Source: Vicugna vicugna (lineage: Eukaryota). From it: a stretch of DNA of 64,000 nucleotides. A program made the translations under genes and the position numbers. The notes under the pieces were generated by a model. It was not told the origin of the DNA and ran no database searches. It saw only the letters and a list, made by a program, of their open reading frames with translations. Position 1 is the stretch's first letter. Each line of letters opens with the position of its first letter. The DNA is taken from contig MU058213.1 in assembly GCA_013265495.1 (NCBI GenBank), forward strand, positions 4,984,854 to 5,048,853, read 5' to 3'. Shown one piece after another: positions 36,973-49,800 of this stretch.

Positions 36973-39429
36973 CTCTCGCTGAGATCCAGTCTGCTGGACA
37001 AACCCCACTGCTCAGCAAGCCTCCCTGAACTCCCCCAGGAACAGGTTTCCGTCCTGTCTGGGCTCGGGGAGCATTCAAGCGTCCTGGGGCACGGAGCTGA
37101 GCAAGCGCTCCTCCTCCGACAGCTCTGCCCCAGAGCTCAGCCAGAGAGGCAGGACTGGCCTGGGGGCTGAAGACACTCAAGCAAAAGGAAACCAGAATTC
37201 TCCTTCCCTTCTTCCTCCCTAACCCCGTGTCCATTCATGCTGCCCTCAGCCCTAGTCCCAGAGGTCAATAAATAGACATTTTATAACCACCTCATATTTT
37301 TATTATTAAGAAAGGAAATTAAAAGTCTCTTAAGTGTAGATAATACGAAGCTCACTAGACCAATGGACAACAGCCAGGAAATCTGAAACTTAGGGCTCTG
37401 AACTCCCCCACCAAGGGCCTGGGGCCTGCCATCTCCCCGGGCCGAGCCCTTCTCTGTGGGCCCAGCCGCTTTGCCCAGTCATGGTCTGGCATCTGTGAGG
37501 ATTCCTCCACCCGAGGCCCCTCCAACTCTTTGCCCTCCTAGAGGGTTAGTGGGGAAGGCAGTCGACTCCCTAACGGAAGGCCCAACTGCTAAGCCTTGGT
37601 TATCCCCTCTTAATGGAATCTTCCAGCAAAGACAGAAATGCCTCTCTGGGGGCTGCCCTGCTTACATTCTCCACCACCCCTGGGGTTGTCGCCCAGGGAG
37701 TTATTGTAATGAGAGAAGGTGAACTATTTGCCCTCCCCAGCACTTGACATATTGAACATTGGACCATGAAAGGTGACTTTGTTTATTTATTGAACTACTA
37801 TGGCTTAATGCTAAGAGGGGTTCCTGACGAGAACTGAAAAAAAAACCTCCTTTGGGGGATTAAATCTTTAAGCACCAATTGCTCTGTTACTAGTCAGTAT
37901 TTGAGGGAAAAAAACTCAGCGAAAGCTATATTCATTTGATATTGCATACGTTTTTCTGTATCTCACTGGGTACTCCGCAAGGAAATGCCTTCTCCAGAAT
38001 TTGACATCTGGTCTTAATATTCGAAAGTCTTTGTTTCATGTACTTTTGATAGACAACATTTTTTGTGTGTGTGTGTAGAGCATTCTGTTATTAGACTCTA
38101 TGAAATGTTGATATTAATCTGAGCTGCCCTGATCTTCGTGGAACACAGGCCAGTCTGAAACGTTCCTTGGGTGAATATTTGGGGGAACATGTTAGGGGTT
38201 GTACATTATGTAGTGACATCCTAACAAGGGCATCTGACTTGGCTTTGTGGAAACACGGTGTGTGCTTTTAACCCAGAGGTCCCCTGGGTAGGGCTGCTGC
38301 CCACTTCAAGTCTCTACAACAAACATATTGGGAGCTGTTAAAGGTAAGAGGTCAGAATTTACCTCCTCCACTCAGTGTTCCTGGAACCAAAGGAATTTAA
38401 GGTCTCTGTGAGTAGAGCATTGAATTGTATTTTGAAGGAGCCTTCAACCCTTTCTGGATCTGAACGGATTTCAGAGCTGAGGTCTGTTTTCTGAGAGCCC
38501 ATTTTCCAGAAAGCCAACCCATGCCAAGCTCAGAAGACAAGCTGCTCTCTGGACTTGGCCACGCCTGTTTGCAAATGGGCAAAAATGACCTGGTCGCATG
38601 AAGTGTGATGCCCATTGTCACTGCCAGCAGCTATAAGGGAACAAAAGTGTGCTCATGAAAGTAAAATTTAGGTTGATGAAAATGTACAGTGGGCCCATGT
38701 TGTGGAAAAACCATGCAGAGGATGTGTGGTGGGGCTGAGGTCAGGCAACTCGGCAGCCATCAGCATCTCCAGCCTGGACACCCCAGGACCTGGCTAAGGT
38801 CACAGCAAGTTAGTGTCAAGAGCAGGACTAGATCATGGGTCCAGGGCTGAGTCCCCGCTCATGAGTTACCTGGGGATGGAATAGATACACCTTCCCCAAC
38901 TGGAAATGCTGATTTCCATTTATACGGACTTGCTAACGTGGACTCCCTAGACTAGCAGAAAGGAACTAAGACCTGGACATTCAGAACCTTCGGGATATGG
39001 TGATGTGCGGACTTCTGCAGAACGGCCCCCAAGTGCCCCCTTCTCAATCTTCTTTCTACAGCACCTGCTTCACCCCAACGGAATGCCACAGGCTTTAAAA
39101 AAAATTTTTTTTAAGTCCTATACAGTTCTACACTTTGCACTAAACTTCATTATTGAGTGCTTGATTCACAGATGCTTTTAAGTTCACTGGAGAAAATTAA
39201 ATAGAAATGCACACAATACAATAGAAATGTACCGTCCAGTCTAGTAAATTAGATAGAATTAGAAACCTTGGATGAGAAAAATCCTAGCGCATTCCAGACA
39301 AAGGTTGGCAATGCCTCAAGAGAAAAAAAGATCTTTTAATCCCCAGAGTGAACATTCATTTTGGCGACCAAGGATAAAGACTTAGAAAGTTACAGGGTGC
39401 TCTCAGGGCCTTGTTTAAATTCTACTTAC

Positions 39430-39730
39430 TGATGGAAGGATCCCCAAGACATACTGTTCAGAGAAAAGAACAAGGTGGAAAACAGCGTGCACAGCATGCT
39501 ATCTATGGTTAAAGATTTTAAAGAATATCTATATCTGCATATTTTTAGAATCTATCCAGAGGATGCACAAGGGCTGGCAAGACTGCATCCAGGAAGGTGA
39601 GCTGGATGGTTAGGCCTAGAGCAAGAGAGGGACTTGCTTTTCACCGTGGAACCTTTTGTATGAACTACGTACATGAGTTACCTGTCCCCTCACCCCAAAT
39701 AATTTATTAAAACCAATAAATGAAAAAATA
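39430..39730 (+). mobile_element. Old L1ME-like 3' end
   Basis: ATGGAAGGATCCCCAAGACATACTGTT...GACTTGCTTTTCACCG...CCTTTTGTA with A-rich tail. Confidence 0.55.
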
Positions 39731-41892
39731 ACTACTCACTGAGCCCTCTGTTTACTCTGTGTAGTCTTTTGGAACCCAGCTTTCAAGAGAAAACAAAACT
39801 TACTGACCTGGTTTGTAGAAACAAGATTTGCTACACAGCCTGTCTCTAGACCAACCCACAGAGTCCAACACCATGATTCTTAACAAAAGAGTACAGTCTT
39901 TCAACCCTCTACCCCCTTGCCCTTTTATTTTAGCAGTCATGGCACAGGAAACTGTGAACAGGATGCTAGATACCAAAAATGGTTTGGTATTTACGCTGGT
40001 GGCTTCTAATGTTGACAAAGAGATGCCTCTATGTGTAGAAAGGAGATGGGCTTGGTTACTGAGAATCACTTGCAGAGGGAGAAGCTTACTTCCAAAGAAT
40101 GTAGTCAGAGGCAGGGGTCAGGTATATGGTTAATGATAAAATAAAGGGAATTTTCTAAAAATGTCACATGGGAGAAAGAAATGAGAGTCCAAGGGAAACG
40201 GGCCTCTATCATCCCTTAATATTCCAAATATAATTGCCAACTGACTCCTCAAAGGTTAGTGTGCACAGGTCATTTTTTAGTGGTCTATTTCTGTCATTAA
40301 CAAAATAATAATTTGGAAGGAGAATCTGTAATGATTCCACCGCAGAATTTAGGTTGCTTGGTTATTGTCTCCTTTTCTTCCATAGATCCATAGGGATCTC
40401 CTACGAATAAGGGGGAACAAACGTATTTCCTAAGGTTGGGAGTTTTAGGGGTTTGGTTTGGATCTGCTGTGTTGTTCTCTTGAGGGACAGGAGGTACAGA
40501 ACGGGGCATGGGTTTGGAGCCAGCGTCCGCTCCTGTTCTGCCACTTGGTAGCCACGCGATGTTGAATTTTTTAGTTTTCACATCTGTGCCAATGGGCTTA
40601 GGAATACTAGCTGGAAGTGCTGATCTGAGGACTAACTGTGCACTCTGGTATCCAGCACCTGTCTGTGTTCAGCACTTAGACAGGTTGCTTCCTTTTCCTT
40701 TGCAGAGACTCCTGAGATGAGAACCACTCTCCCCACGAGGGCTGCAGCCCCAGTCTCTTTTTACAAGCTGCCCGGGTAAGTGTTCCAGGACTCTGACCTT
40801 CCATGGAAATCAATGAGTGCTTGCTCAAAGGTCCCTGATGTGCTACAGATGGCATTACCTGTTAGAGACAGAACTTTCTCAAGAGGAGCTTGAATTTCCC
40901 TTTCTTGGAGAAATGCTATTTCACGGTCCCTCAGTAGATGTCAGCAGTACAGCAAACATCCCCTGTGCCACAGCGGAAGCAAGCTGGCTTTAAAAACAAC
41001 TTTTCCGATTTAAAAATTAAAAAACCAATGCTCCCCTTTGCAATTCCTTTCAGAAGTCCCGGAACCAAAAAGGTGAGATCTACTGGCCTCAAAGTAGATT
41101 TCTTGAGAGGTTTACCAAGGGCATATTTGCATTTTAAAGACCACCTTTTATTCTCGGTAATGAAAACATCATCCCAGAGATGGCTGGGGATTATAGCAAC
41201 CTTTTTAGAATTTTCTGCAAGTTTATCTTGCATTTACCCTCCAGGCAAGAGTGAAATAATAGAAGATGTCCAATATTTTGCTTCTTCCTGTGAAGTAAAT
41301 CAAAACCGTGGGAATGTTTTCCCCTGATTTAATTTACTGCTGTCTCCTCGAATTCATCTTTCATTGTATTCAATTAACCCTCTGATTGCAACCACAGACA
41401 ACTACAATGAGGTCAAAGAATAAGACAGAGTTTTCAGGAAAAAAGGGATGATTGGAGTCTGTGGCCAAGTAATATTTGGATGTGGATACCAGTCCAGGGT
41501 TTTGCACAGAACATTTCAGCAAAACATTTGGTCTGTAAGCTGACTCTCCTGCCCGTACCTTCTGCATTCTTGCCTGCCCCACCCCCAGGTTTGACCTGCG
41601 CTCCATCAGTACTGTGAAGATGGGGCAATGCCTCTATTACTTCAACCTTTGGTCCCTCACAATATGTCATTTTGTGGCCAAACTTGACTTCACACTAGGT
41701 CGGTTCTTGGATTTTGTTTCCCTTTGCTTCTGCCCCTCACAGCATTCTATGGAAGCTTCCGTCTGCAGTGGGTTCCTGCCCTTCCTGCTATGGTCTATGT
41801 TCTGGTTGGTGGGAACAGACCGTGCCCAAGGTTTGAGAAATAATAGGCACTGTCTTTAGGTAGCGAGCTCCTTGTCATTGGGGGTATTTATT

Positions 41893-42130
41893 CAGTGGTT
41901 CTCAATCATCCAGCACATTGAGATCAGCTGAGAAGGAAACAACTAGGTGACCAGTCATTCCAGTCTTCCAGGGGCTGTCCCAGGTCTAGAACTACACTTC
42001 TGTTCTAGGCAAATTGAGATGCTTGGTCATTTGACTGAGGCTAGATTCCATTCCCAGAGGTTCCGGTCTAAGTGAGCATTAGGGTTTTTAAAAACTTCCC
42101 AGGTCATTCAGCCAAGGTTTAGAACCATCG
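41893..42130. mobile_element. MER5A-type MITE interrupted by a MER81/MER94-like MITE (~41945-42031)
   Basis: CAGTGGTTCTCAA ... TTTAGAACCATCG ends; inner element AGGTGACCA...TGGTCATT with inverted termini. Confidence 0.6.
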
Positions 42131-42293
42131 ACCTTGAGGCCGAATGGCCATGGTCAGAAATGCTATAGGAGGGGTTCCTGGGAAAGCTGTAGGAAGAGGT
42201 GACAGCGAGTTTTCTGTAATTGTCAGAGCCTTGACCTGAGGATGTGGCCCATGTTTCTAAAACCAGCCATGTTACTCTCGTATAGAAAGGCCT

Positions 42294-42703
42294 GGGGCTG
42301 TGATTAGGCTGAGACAAGTGGGGTGTTGGCCTTGTGCACAAGATTTAGGGGGCATGAAAAACCACAGTAATCAACATAGCTTATATTTTAATATAATGTT
42401 TTAAAAAATGAATGCCAAAGATTCATGCTGAACAAAATATCAAGGCTTTAAATAAAGACTAGATCAGCATCAGTGCCAGGTGGAGACTGGAGACTGAGGC
42501 AAAAAGAAAATCAGGAATCCTTATCCTGTCTTTATTTAAAAGTTTGAGATTTTATTCCTCATGGGATTTTTTTTATTAATTTTGATTTGTTTGATGTTGC
42601 ATTTAAGTATTACATGTCTCAATGACTGACTTCATTTCGGTGCCCCCTTAAGTCTTGCCCCCTAGAAGGATCGCACATTTGCCTGACCCCAGTCTCCACA
42701 CTG
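42294..42703. mobile_element. MER96B-like palindromic hAT-Tip100 MITE
   Basis: Arms CAAGATTTAGGGGGCA / TGCCCCCTTAAGTCTTG and TTTAAATAAAGAC / GTCTTTATTTAAA are reverse complements. Confidence 0.75.
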
Positions 42704-43307
42704 GGAAAGACGTGCCTCTGAGTTCACCCAAACCTGGGGCTTCCCAGATGGGCCAAGTTGTCTCAATCCACCAACTTCAGAAGGAAGTAGGCTCCCTACA
42801 AGAAGGAAAGTGCCGGCGGGTGGGTCTGAGTGGAAGTCACAGGGCCTTGGAAGGAGAGCTGGACCTGGGGGTCTCAGCACGCCAGCCAGGGTGGGGCAGA
42901 CACAGGCTGCTCAGATTACCTATCAAAGGAAATGCTACGTTACTTGTAGGTTCCAGTTGATTTAAACTCCTACAGCCTTTTTGGTCAGAAATCAAAAGCC
43001 AACTGTGTTCCTTCATTTCCAGGATTAAAATTAAGCAAAAACAGAACACCGCCCCTCCCCCCCCTTTTTTTTGTTAAGTGGAATGGAGAACAGACAGTGC
43101 AAAAACCTGTCTTAGGCAGGCTTTGGGAGAAATGGGAGACAGAGGGCCAATCCTTTCCAGGGTTGGACAAAATTACCCGCTGGCATGCTTCTGGGCCCAG
43201 GGCCAGGACTGCAGTGTCAACGGCAGGAAACAAAGGCTTAGTCAACCCATGGTGCTGGGACCTCTTTGGACCAAGGGACCCCACAATGGAGGCCACCTCC
43301 TTCCCTT

Positions 43308-43341
43308 CAGCGCCCCCTGCTGGTTTGAATCAGGAACTGTG
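43308..43341 (-). promoter_or_regulatory. Strong candidate CTCF site (reverse) with upstream module
   Basis: Minus strand CACAGTTCCTGATTCAAACCAGCAGGGGGCGCTG: consensus core CCAGCAGGGGGCGC plus a CAGT module 12 nt upstream. Confidence 0.75.
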
Positions 43342-45029
43342 AAAAGTATACTTACAGACGTTTTCTTTTACTAATAAGGTAGGAATGAATCAAAATGTCA
43401 TTCCTTCTGCAACAGGGTTTAATGAAACAGAGTGAGGCTGGATTGGGATCCCAGTTGTACCCTGGCCAGTTGTGGGGTGTTGGGCAAGTCACTGAGCCCC
43501 AAAGACAATGATTCCCAGTCTGTAAATTAGGGAGAAGAGAATTTACCCTGCTGGCCCTAAAGGCAGTCATGAGACATACCAGGCTTAACAACGGTGGAGG
43601 CGCTGTATATAAGGTGTGAAGTCTCCACAAACAGAAGGCATGACTGTAGAGCACAGACTGAGGAGGGAGTAAATAACGTTAACAGTCACCACCACAATCA
43701 TGAGAACCACTCCTCTAGAAGACCTGTTTGCCACATATGGCAGGTTCCACCAAAGGCCGGGAGCCCTTCTAGGTGAAGCCTGGGTTTGGACCCTGACAGA
43801 CTCAGTGTCCTTACCTGAAAAAATAAGGACTTAAAAATGATGTATGTCTATCAGTACGTGCGTGAGTTTGAATACAGAAAGTTTTCCAGCTCCTATGTCT
43901 TTCAGGGATCTCTCTTTTCATACTCTGTCGTTTTGCTAAACCACTGAGCTGCCAGGGGCTGGGCGAAGAACCCCTGCTCCGTCCCTCCCTTCCCCAGTCC
44001 AGGGCCTCTTCCATTGCCTGAGGGACCTGCCATGTGGATAACAGTCTTAGTAATCATCCTCTTGTTCCCACAGGTATCCGTTAAATAAGAAATTCTTTTC
44101 AGCACCCCCTCCCCATTTATTCTGAACTTTCCACCAAGTGAAGATCTTTCCTAAACCAGGATCAATTTTGTTTGGGTTAAGATGATTCTGGTAATAGATA
44201 CACAGTCTGATCCTCCAGGAGGAAATGTCAGCATGTTACTAATACTGTTCAAAATACCTATACTGTCACATCTGTTTTCCAATTCATAACAGTCGATGTC
44301 AGTTTATTACACTGCTGTGTAGCACGTGGGGTTGTGTTTGCACTCCTCATGCGTGTTTTTACTGTATTGTAGTCAGGATGAATTATGCTTGAAGATTTGT
44401 AGATACTTTTTGTTCCTGATGGTCTAGCTTTGATTTATCATCAGTGTGACTTTGGTTACATGGTTAAACCAAACGCTGTCGTCTTTTTTTTTCATGGATA
44501 TTTTGGAATATGTAATGCTGATGAGTATCAGTGATTTAAGGTTGAGCACCCAGCTAACATTTCTATTTTGTAGTTAGATGTTTCTTTTATATCAATGAAA
44601 AATAAAAGACATGGAGTCACATTACCAAAAACAGCCCAAAATTGCTGAATATAGGATGTGTGTGTGGGGGAAGTAAATTTGAGGGAAGCCACGGGGATGA
44701 GGTTACGAAGGGCTTGAAATCGAATGCCAAATATTGCTGCTTTTTTCTGTGAACTAGAGAGTCACAAATCTGAATATCTACTGTGGCCAGGCAGCAATGT
44801 ATGAAGCAACAGAGAGTGAAGAGGTCCAGGATAAGAAACTGCATCTTTGATTGTACGCTTTCCAACCTGACACAATTTGCTTATACAATATGTAGGAAAA
44901 TTTTTTTCACTACAGAGAACTACACATTCTCATGGATTTTTTTTTTAATGTGCCCCTTAAACTCTGTTCTACTCTTGATAGAGGTAAAAGAGAACTATTT
45001 CTCCCTTCTAAGGAAAAGAAACGTGTATA

Positions 45030-45220
45030 CCGAAAACTAACATAACATTGTAAACCAACTATACTTCAATTAAAGGAAAAAAAAAAGCAACCCAAAGAAC
45101 TGGAGAGAATATTTGCAAATCACATGTCTGATAAGGGATTAATAGCCGGAATATACAGGTAACCTTAGAAGTACGGCTGGTTCCGTTCCAGACAACTGCA
45201 ATAAAGAAAATAGCAAAGAA
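45030..45220. mobile_element. Composite: short L1 3' tail, L1 ORF2 fragment and Tigger1 end
   Basis: AACTAACATAACATTGTAAACCAACTATACTTCAATT plus A run; GAGAATATTTGCAAATCACATGTCTGATAAGGG; TACAGG...GGTTCCGTTCCAGACAACTGCAATAAAG. Confidence 0.7.
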
Positions 45221-46484
45221 AACCACAAAAAAACAAAAAAACCCCTACACACAGGATCATACACAGCAAGTCACTGTCACTTCAAAGTCACAGCGGCTAC
45301 AGGGAGAGGTGGGGGCTGCGGCTGACTGCACTGTCCAGTCTCTGCCTAATGGGACTTCTGTTTGGCTCTGTTGAGGTGGTTGTTCTGGGGTGAAACATCA
45401 ACTCCCTGTGGGTAAGACTGAATTTTTGAGAAGTGTTGGAAATTCACTTTCTGTGAAATGTCTCCTTTTAAATGTTAGTGCAATACGAGCAAAAAAAAAA
45501 AAAAAACAACAACAAAGTGCTTGCAAAGCACGTGTGCACAAAGCACACACCTGGGCACTGGAGGCCACCTGGGAACTGCTGGTCTTAGACTGCTGCCAAC
45601 AACCAGGGAGCCTCCACGATGTAAGTGATGTGGTCCATTTACCTTGTAGGAAGATTTATGTCCAATAGCACATTAATACAAAGGGTGCTAATTAGTTACA
45701 GTAGTCTCATTGGCCTCTTTTCTTTTCTAAAGCATGTGTTTAACAAACACCCATATAGTGTTACCTGTATCCCAGAAACTGTTTAAAATGCTTTGCAAGC
45801 ATTCATTCCTTCTAACAGACACATACGATCTACGCTGTGACTGTCCTCATTTGACGAGAACTGAGACAGAAGGTCACAGAGCTAAGAAGGGACAGAGCTG
45901 GGTTTTGAACTCAGTCTGGTTCCAGGATGCGGTATTTAGCCACCATGCTGCATTGCCTCTTAACAATAGCTAAAACGTGTTAATATGCACTCAGAAGACT
46001 GTATGAGTGGGGAAGTTGAGTGTAACTTTTTGACACATGATCATAATTGGATTGTGGTTGAGGAGAGCATGGAGAAAAAAGATCTTTATTGGTTAAACAG
46101 CATTGCTAAAGGATGAGAAATTTCTCTGTGGAAAATCCAATTTGACAAGAATATATATATATAATGGAAGGACTCTGAAGTGCAGGAGAAGGCAAACCCT
46201 AGAGGCTTTCCCCAGATCTGGCACACTCTCTAGAGCCCCTTGATGGTACTTAGCTGTGGTGTGGCGTGGCGGAGGGAGTGGTTAGTGGAAGTTAGCTGTC
46301 TCTTTGATGTCTGTGGGGAGGAGTTATCCTGACCACCCACTGGATCCAAGGTTTCTCTCCCTTCAGCATGTGCCCTGCTCAGCACTGAGGCAGCCCTCCT
46401 CCCACTGCTGGTACCCCGGACGGACGGAATGTCTGCTTTCCTTGGGGCCACAGAGCAAGAAACTGAGGAGACACACGCTGGCTC

Positions 46485-46780
46485 CACCAGACTAAGGAAA
46501 CACCATAACTGAATGCAACATGTGACCTGGGGTTGGGTCCTGAACCAGAAAAGGACAAGTAGTGAGATAACTGATGACATTTTTCATGAGGTCTGTAGTG
46601 TAGATAGTAAGTCTTACGATAATGTTAGTTCTCTGATTTGATCACTGGATGTGGTTATGTAAGATGTTAACATTTGGGGAATCTGGATGAAGGGTATATG
46701 CAAATTCTTCATACTATTTAAAAAAACTTTTGGAAGTCTGACATTGTTTTAAATGGAAAAGATTTTTAAAAAGTAAAATA
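46485..46780 (+). mobile_element. L1MC/L1MD-like 3' end
   Basis: AATGCAACATGTGA...CCTGAACCAGAAAAGGACA...TGGTTATGTAAGATGTTAACATTTGGGGAATCTGGATGAAGGGTATATG. Confidence 0.75.
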
Positions 46781-46786
46781 ATGGAC

Positions 46787-46883
46787 TCTCTCTCTCTCTT
46801 TTGTAAATGGAGGCACTGGGGATTGAACCCAGGACCTTGTGCACGCTAAGCACACGCCCTACCACTGAGCTATACCCTCCCCC
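46787..46883 (-). mobile_element. tRNA-Ala(AGC)-derived SINE (camelid Vic-1 type) with (AG)n tail
   Basis: Minus strand GGGGGAGGGTATAGCTCAGTGGTAGGGCGTGTGCTTAGCGTGCACAAGGTCCTGGGTTCAATCCCCAGTGCCTCCA; A box TAGCTCAGTGG and B box GGTTCAATCC intact. Confidence 0.88.
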
Positions 46884-49800
46884 ACCTCAGGCTCTTATGA
46901 GGAGTGGGTGGACTCCTGTACTCCTCCCAGGTGTGTGGTGGGCACAGGTAGCAGGCCCCTGGGAGGTTCCACTGCAGCTGGGCATGAACTGCATTTGGAG
47001 AACCTCATGTGCTGTTGCCCTGGTTTTCCAAAGGACTTTGATTGACATCAACATTATTCACAGACCTGATTTTGCTCTCCTTCAATCTATGTATTAACAA
47101 AGGCTGTTAGGAGGACCCACCCCCGGATCACGTCATAGGGCCAGGGGAATTCAGGCACAGGGAGGACTCTGGAGCTGGACATGAAAGCTCAGGTGGCCTA
47201 GGTCAAAATCAAAGTGTTTCTGGCTTGGTTGGCTAATGGAGTGAAGATTCCAAAAATCAACCCAGTCACCATAGGCAGATTACTGGTTTCCAAAGAATTC
47301 AAACACAAGGGAATACACTTAACACTAAACAAATAAACTAGACACATGCTAAACTCTCTTTGATGACTCAGAAGGCCTTCAAGATTTTGCAGGAGCAACA
47401 TCACAGGCATCAGTGGTATTGATGCTACACACACATCTTGGCTCTCATCCTTCTCTAGAGACTGTCTGAATTCCTTCTGACCATCTTGTTTTCTTTCATG
47501 TGCAAATATCTCATGAAGTCAACATTCCATTTGGGGACTTTCAGTACACCTCTGTTAAGAGCCATAATGATTATCACAGAGGGAATATTAAAGACTAAAA
47601 ACAGCATTGGCCCCAAACCTTGATTTATTGCTTTTAATAATTCAGAAGAATTTGCATACATTAATTTTCTGTACATTATTAGGAGCACAAATTGGAGATC
47701 AAAAGGGTAGTAATGCCCCAAGAAGAAGAGGAGGTAAAGATTCAACATCAGGCTTCTTCCCATGCAAGGAAAAGCCCCTGGTTTACTTTGCTTTGAAGCA
47801 AGTGAAGGGCCAAGTTGGGTTCATTGCTTTCCTGACATGACGGGGTGAGGTCCCTGGGGAGTACTGCTCCATCGGTGTGCAGGGGCCTGGGCAAGAGTGA
47901 GGAGAATATGGGGAGAGGGACACGGGGATAGTTGCATTCTCCCCAGGCAGAGGGACACATGCTATCACATATACGCTCCAAGTCAGTTATGTACTCAAAA
48001 CCACGTTTAAGGCGCCAAATATATTTCACTTATCTGTATATGGTACAAAATACTGATTCTATTTCGTGTGGATATGTCTGTGCATCTGAAAATACTGTAC
48101 CACAACCCCTTGTTTCTTCTTGAATGCAGTGGTTGAGCTCCTCTGCAGAGGCCAAGCACATGTGAGGCTTGGCCGTCCATCCCCAGGGGGATGGGCACCA
48201 CTCCTGTCCTCAAGGGCCTTGACCTTGGCTGACGTGGGAAGCAGACGTCCCCCCTTCTCAGTCTGGGCAAATCTCTGTAGTTCTGTTCTCCCTCTACCCT
48301 GAGAGAGAATTCCATTCTCTTGATTGTCCAATCACCCCAGTGGGAACTTCAGAGTTTACTTTGATCGCTGTGAGAGTGGATTACCGCAAAAATTACTGCA
48401 AGCTGAAGCTCACTAGATGACTAGCCTGGTGGCCAGGGCAGATTCTCTCCACTTCACCCAGCTCCCCAGATAGGGGGCCAGGGTTTTATTTCACAAGTCT
48501 TCTTTGCAGCTGCTAAGGCCCCAAATGGCAGATTCAAAGTCATGATAGGAGCAGTTTCTACAGGGGGGTTAATAATCTGTGGCGTAGGGCCACTCGGTGA
48601 GCCTCTGTCTGATTCCTTCCCTTTGTTTGTTCAAAACACATGAACACGATACTGGAAAATACCTCCAGGCCTCTCCTTTGGCCAACTATTCACATTCACA
48701 AGAGAAGAAGATCGTGGGGAGCTTGGACCCTGGACTACTCCTGAGCACGGATTTCTCCATGTCCCCTTGGGTTGAAGTTGTGGAGCTATATCCCACACTT
48801 CCTCAGGGCAGATGTCATAAAATTAATGGATTCTTACTAGATACATGACTCTAACAGAGATGTTTCCATCAACTGATTTCTAGAATTGTAGATGAGAACC
48901 GTGTGGATTTGCAGGGAGGTTTCTGTCCTTCCCCTTCGGGTAAGGTTCTGGGGTTTCAGGTCAGAATTTAGTAGGGGCTCTGGCTTCTCCGTCAGTCCCT
49001 GTTGTATCTTGGAAGATGATTCACAGCTCAGGCCCTGAAGGGGCCCTGAGGAACATCAAGTTCTTCCCTGCCCTGGTTTCTTCCCACCACCGTCAGCTAA
49101 CTCAAGATCTGGTTCCTCTTTTTTCTGCCCAACCTGGCAGCACCCCTAGATTTTCCCACCTCTGGGCCCTGCTTCTACAATCTTCTTTGTTGAGCATGTC
49201 TTCCCATCTTTCCAAAGCCAGCTCAGCATCACAACCTCTTGAAGTCTCTGCCCACCTCCCCTCCCCTATACCATCACCACACCATCCTGGGACCCTCAGA
49301 TGCACTTGTGGAATTTGGCTTAGATTTTTTTCTTTTGCCTCAGTCCTTTGAGACAGTCTGAAAAAATTAAGGCAGAAAGATGAGGAAGAGAGATTGTTTG
49401 ATTCTATGCTGAAAAATGCCCTCTTATATCCTGCAGCAGCAAATCACGTTCTTCTGAACGCTACCCACTCCCTATTCTCTTTTAGATGTGGATCTAGGGC
49501 AATTCTAACATGCAATTCTGAATCTCTACCTGATAGGCGGTCAGTACACAAAGAGAACACAGCCCTTGGGCATTGAAGCCCTTTTAAAGCATCTTCACCT
49601 GGTAGTAAAAGTAATAATGCCTGCAACGAAACTTTTATCAACAACATTTTGTAGGGGAGGAGCCCAGCTTTGAGATGAAGCGGTTTGCTCATGCTCATGC
49701 AGAACTAGGGCTGGTGAGAGTCACTGTAGACACAGCTCTGCAGTCCAGCCAAGGGCTGGTGAGTGGAGCCGTGCTCTTCCTGCTGGGCACAAGCCTACAC

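Noticed and set aside
46808..46883. tRNA-Ala(AGC) gene
   Set aside because: Imperfect acceptor stem, extra 5' G run, simple-repeat tail and a second TSD-flanked truncated copy in the window indicate a SINE
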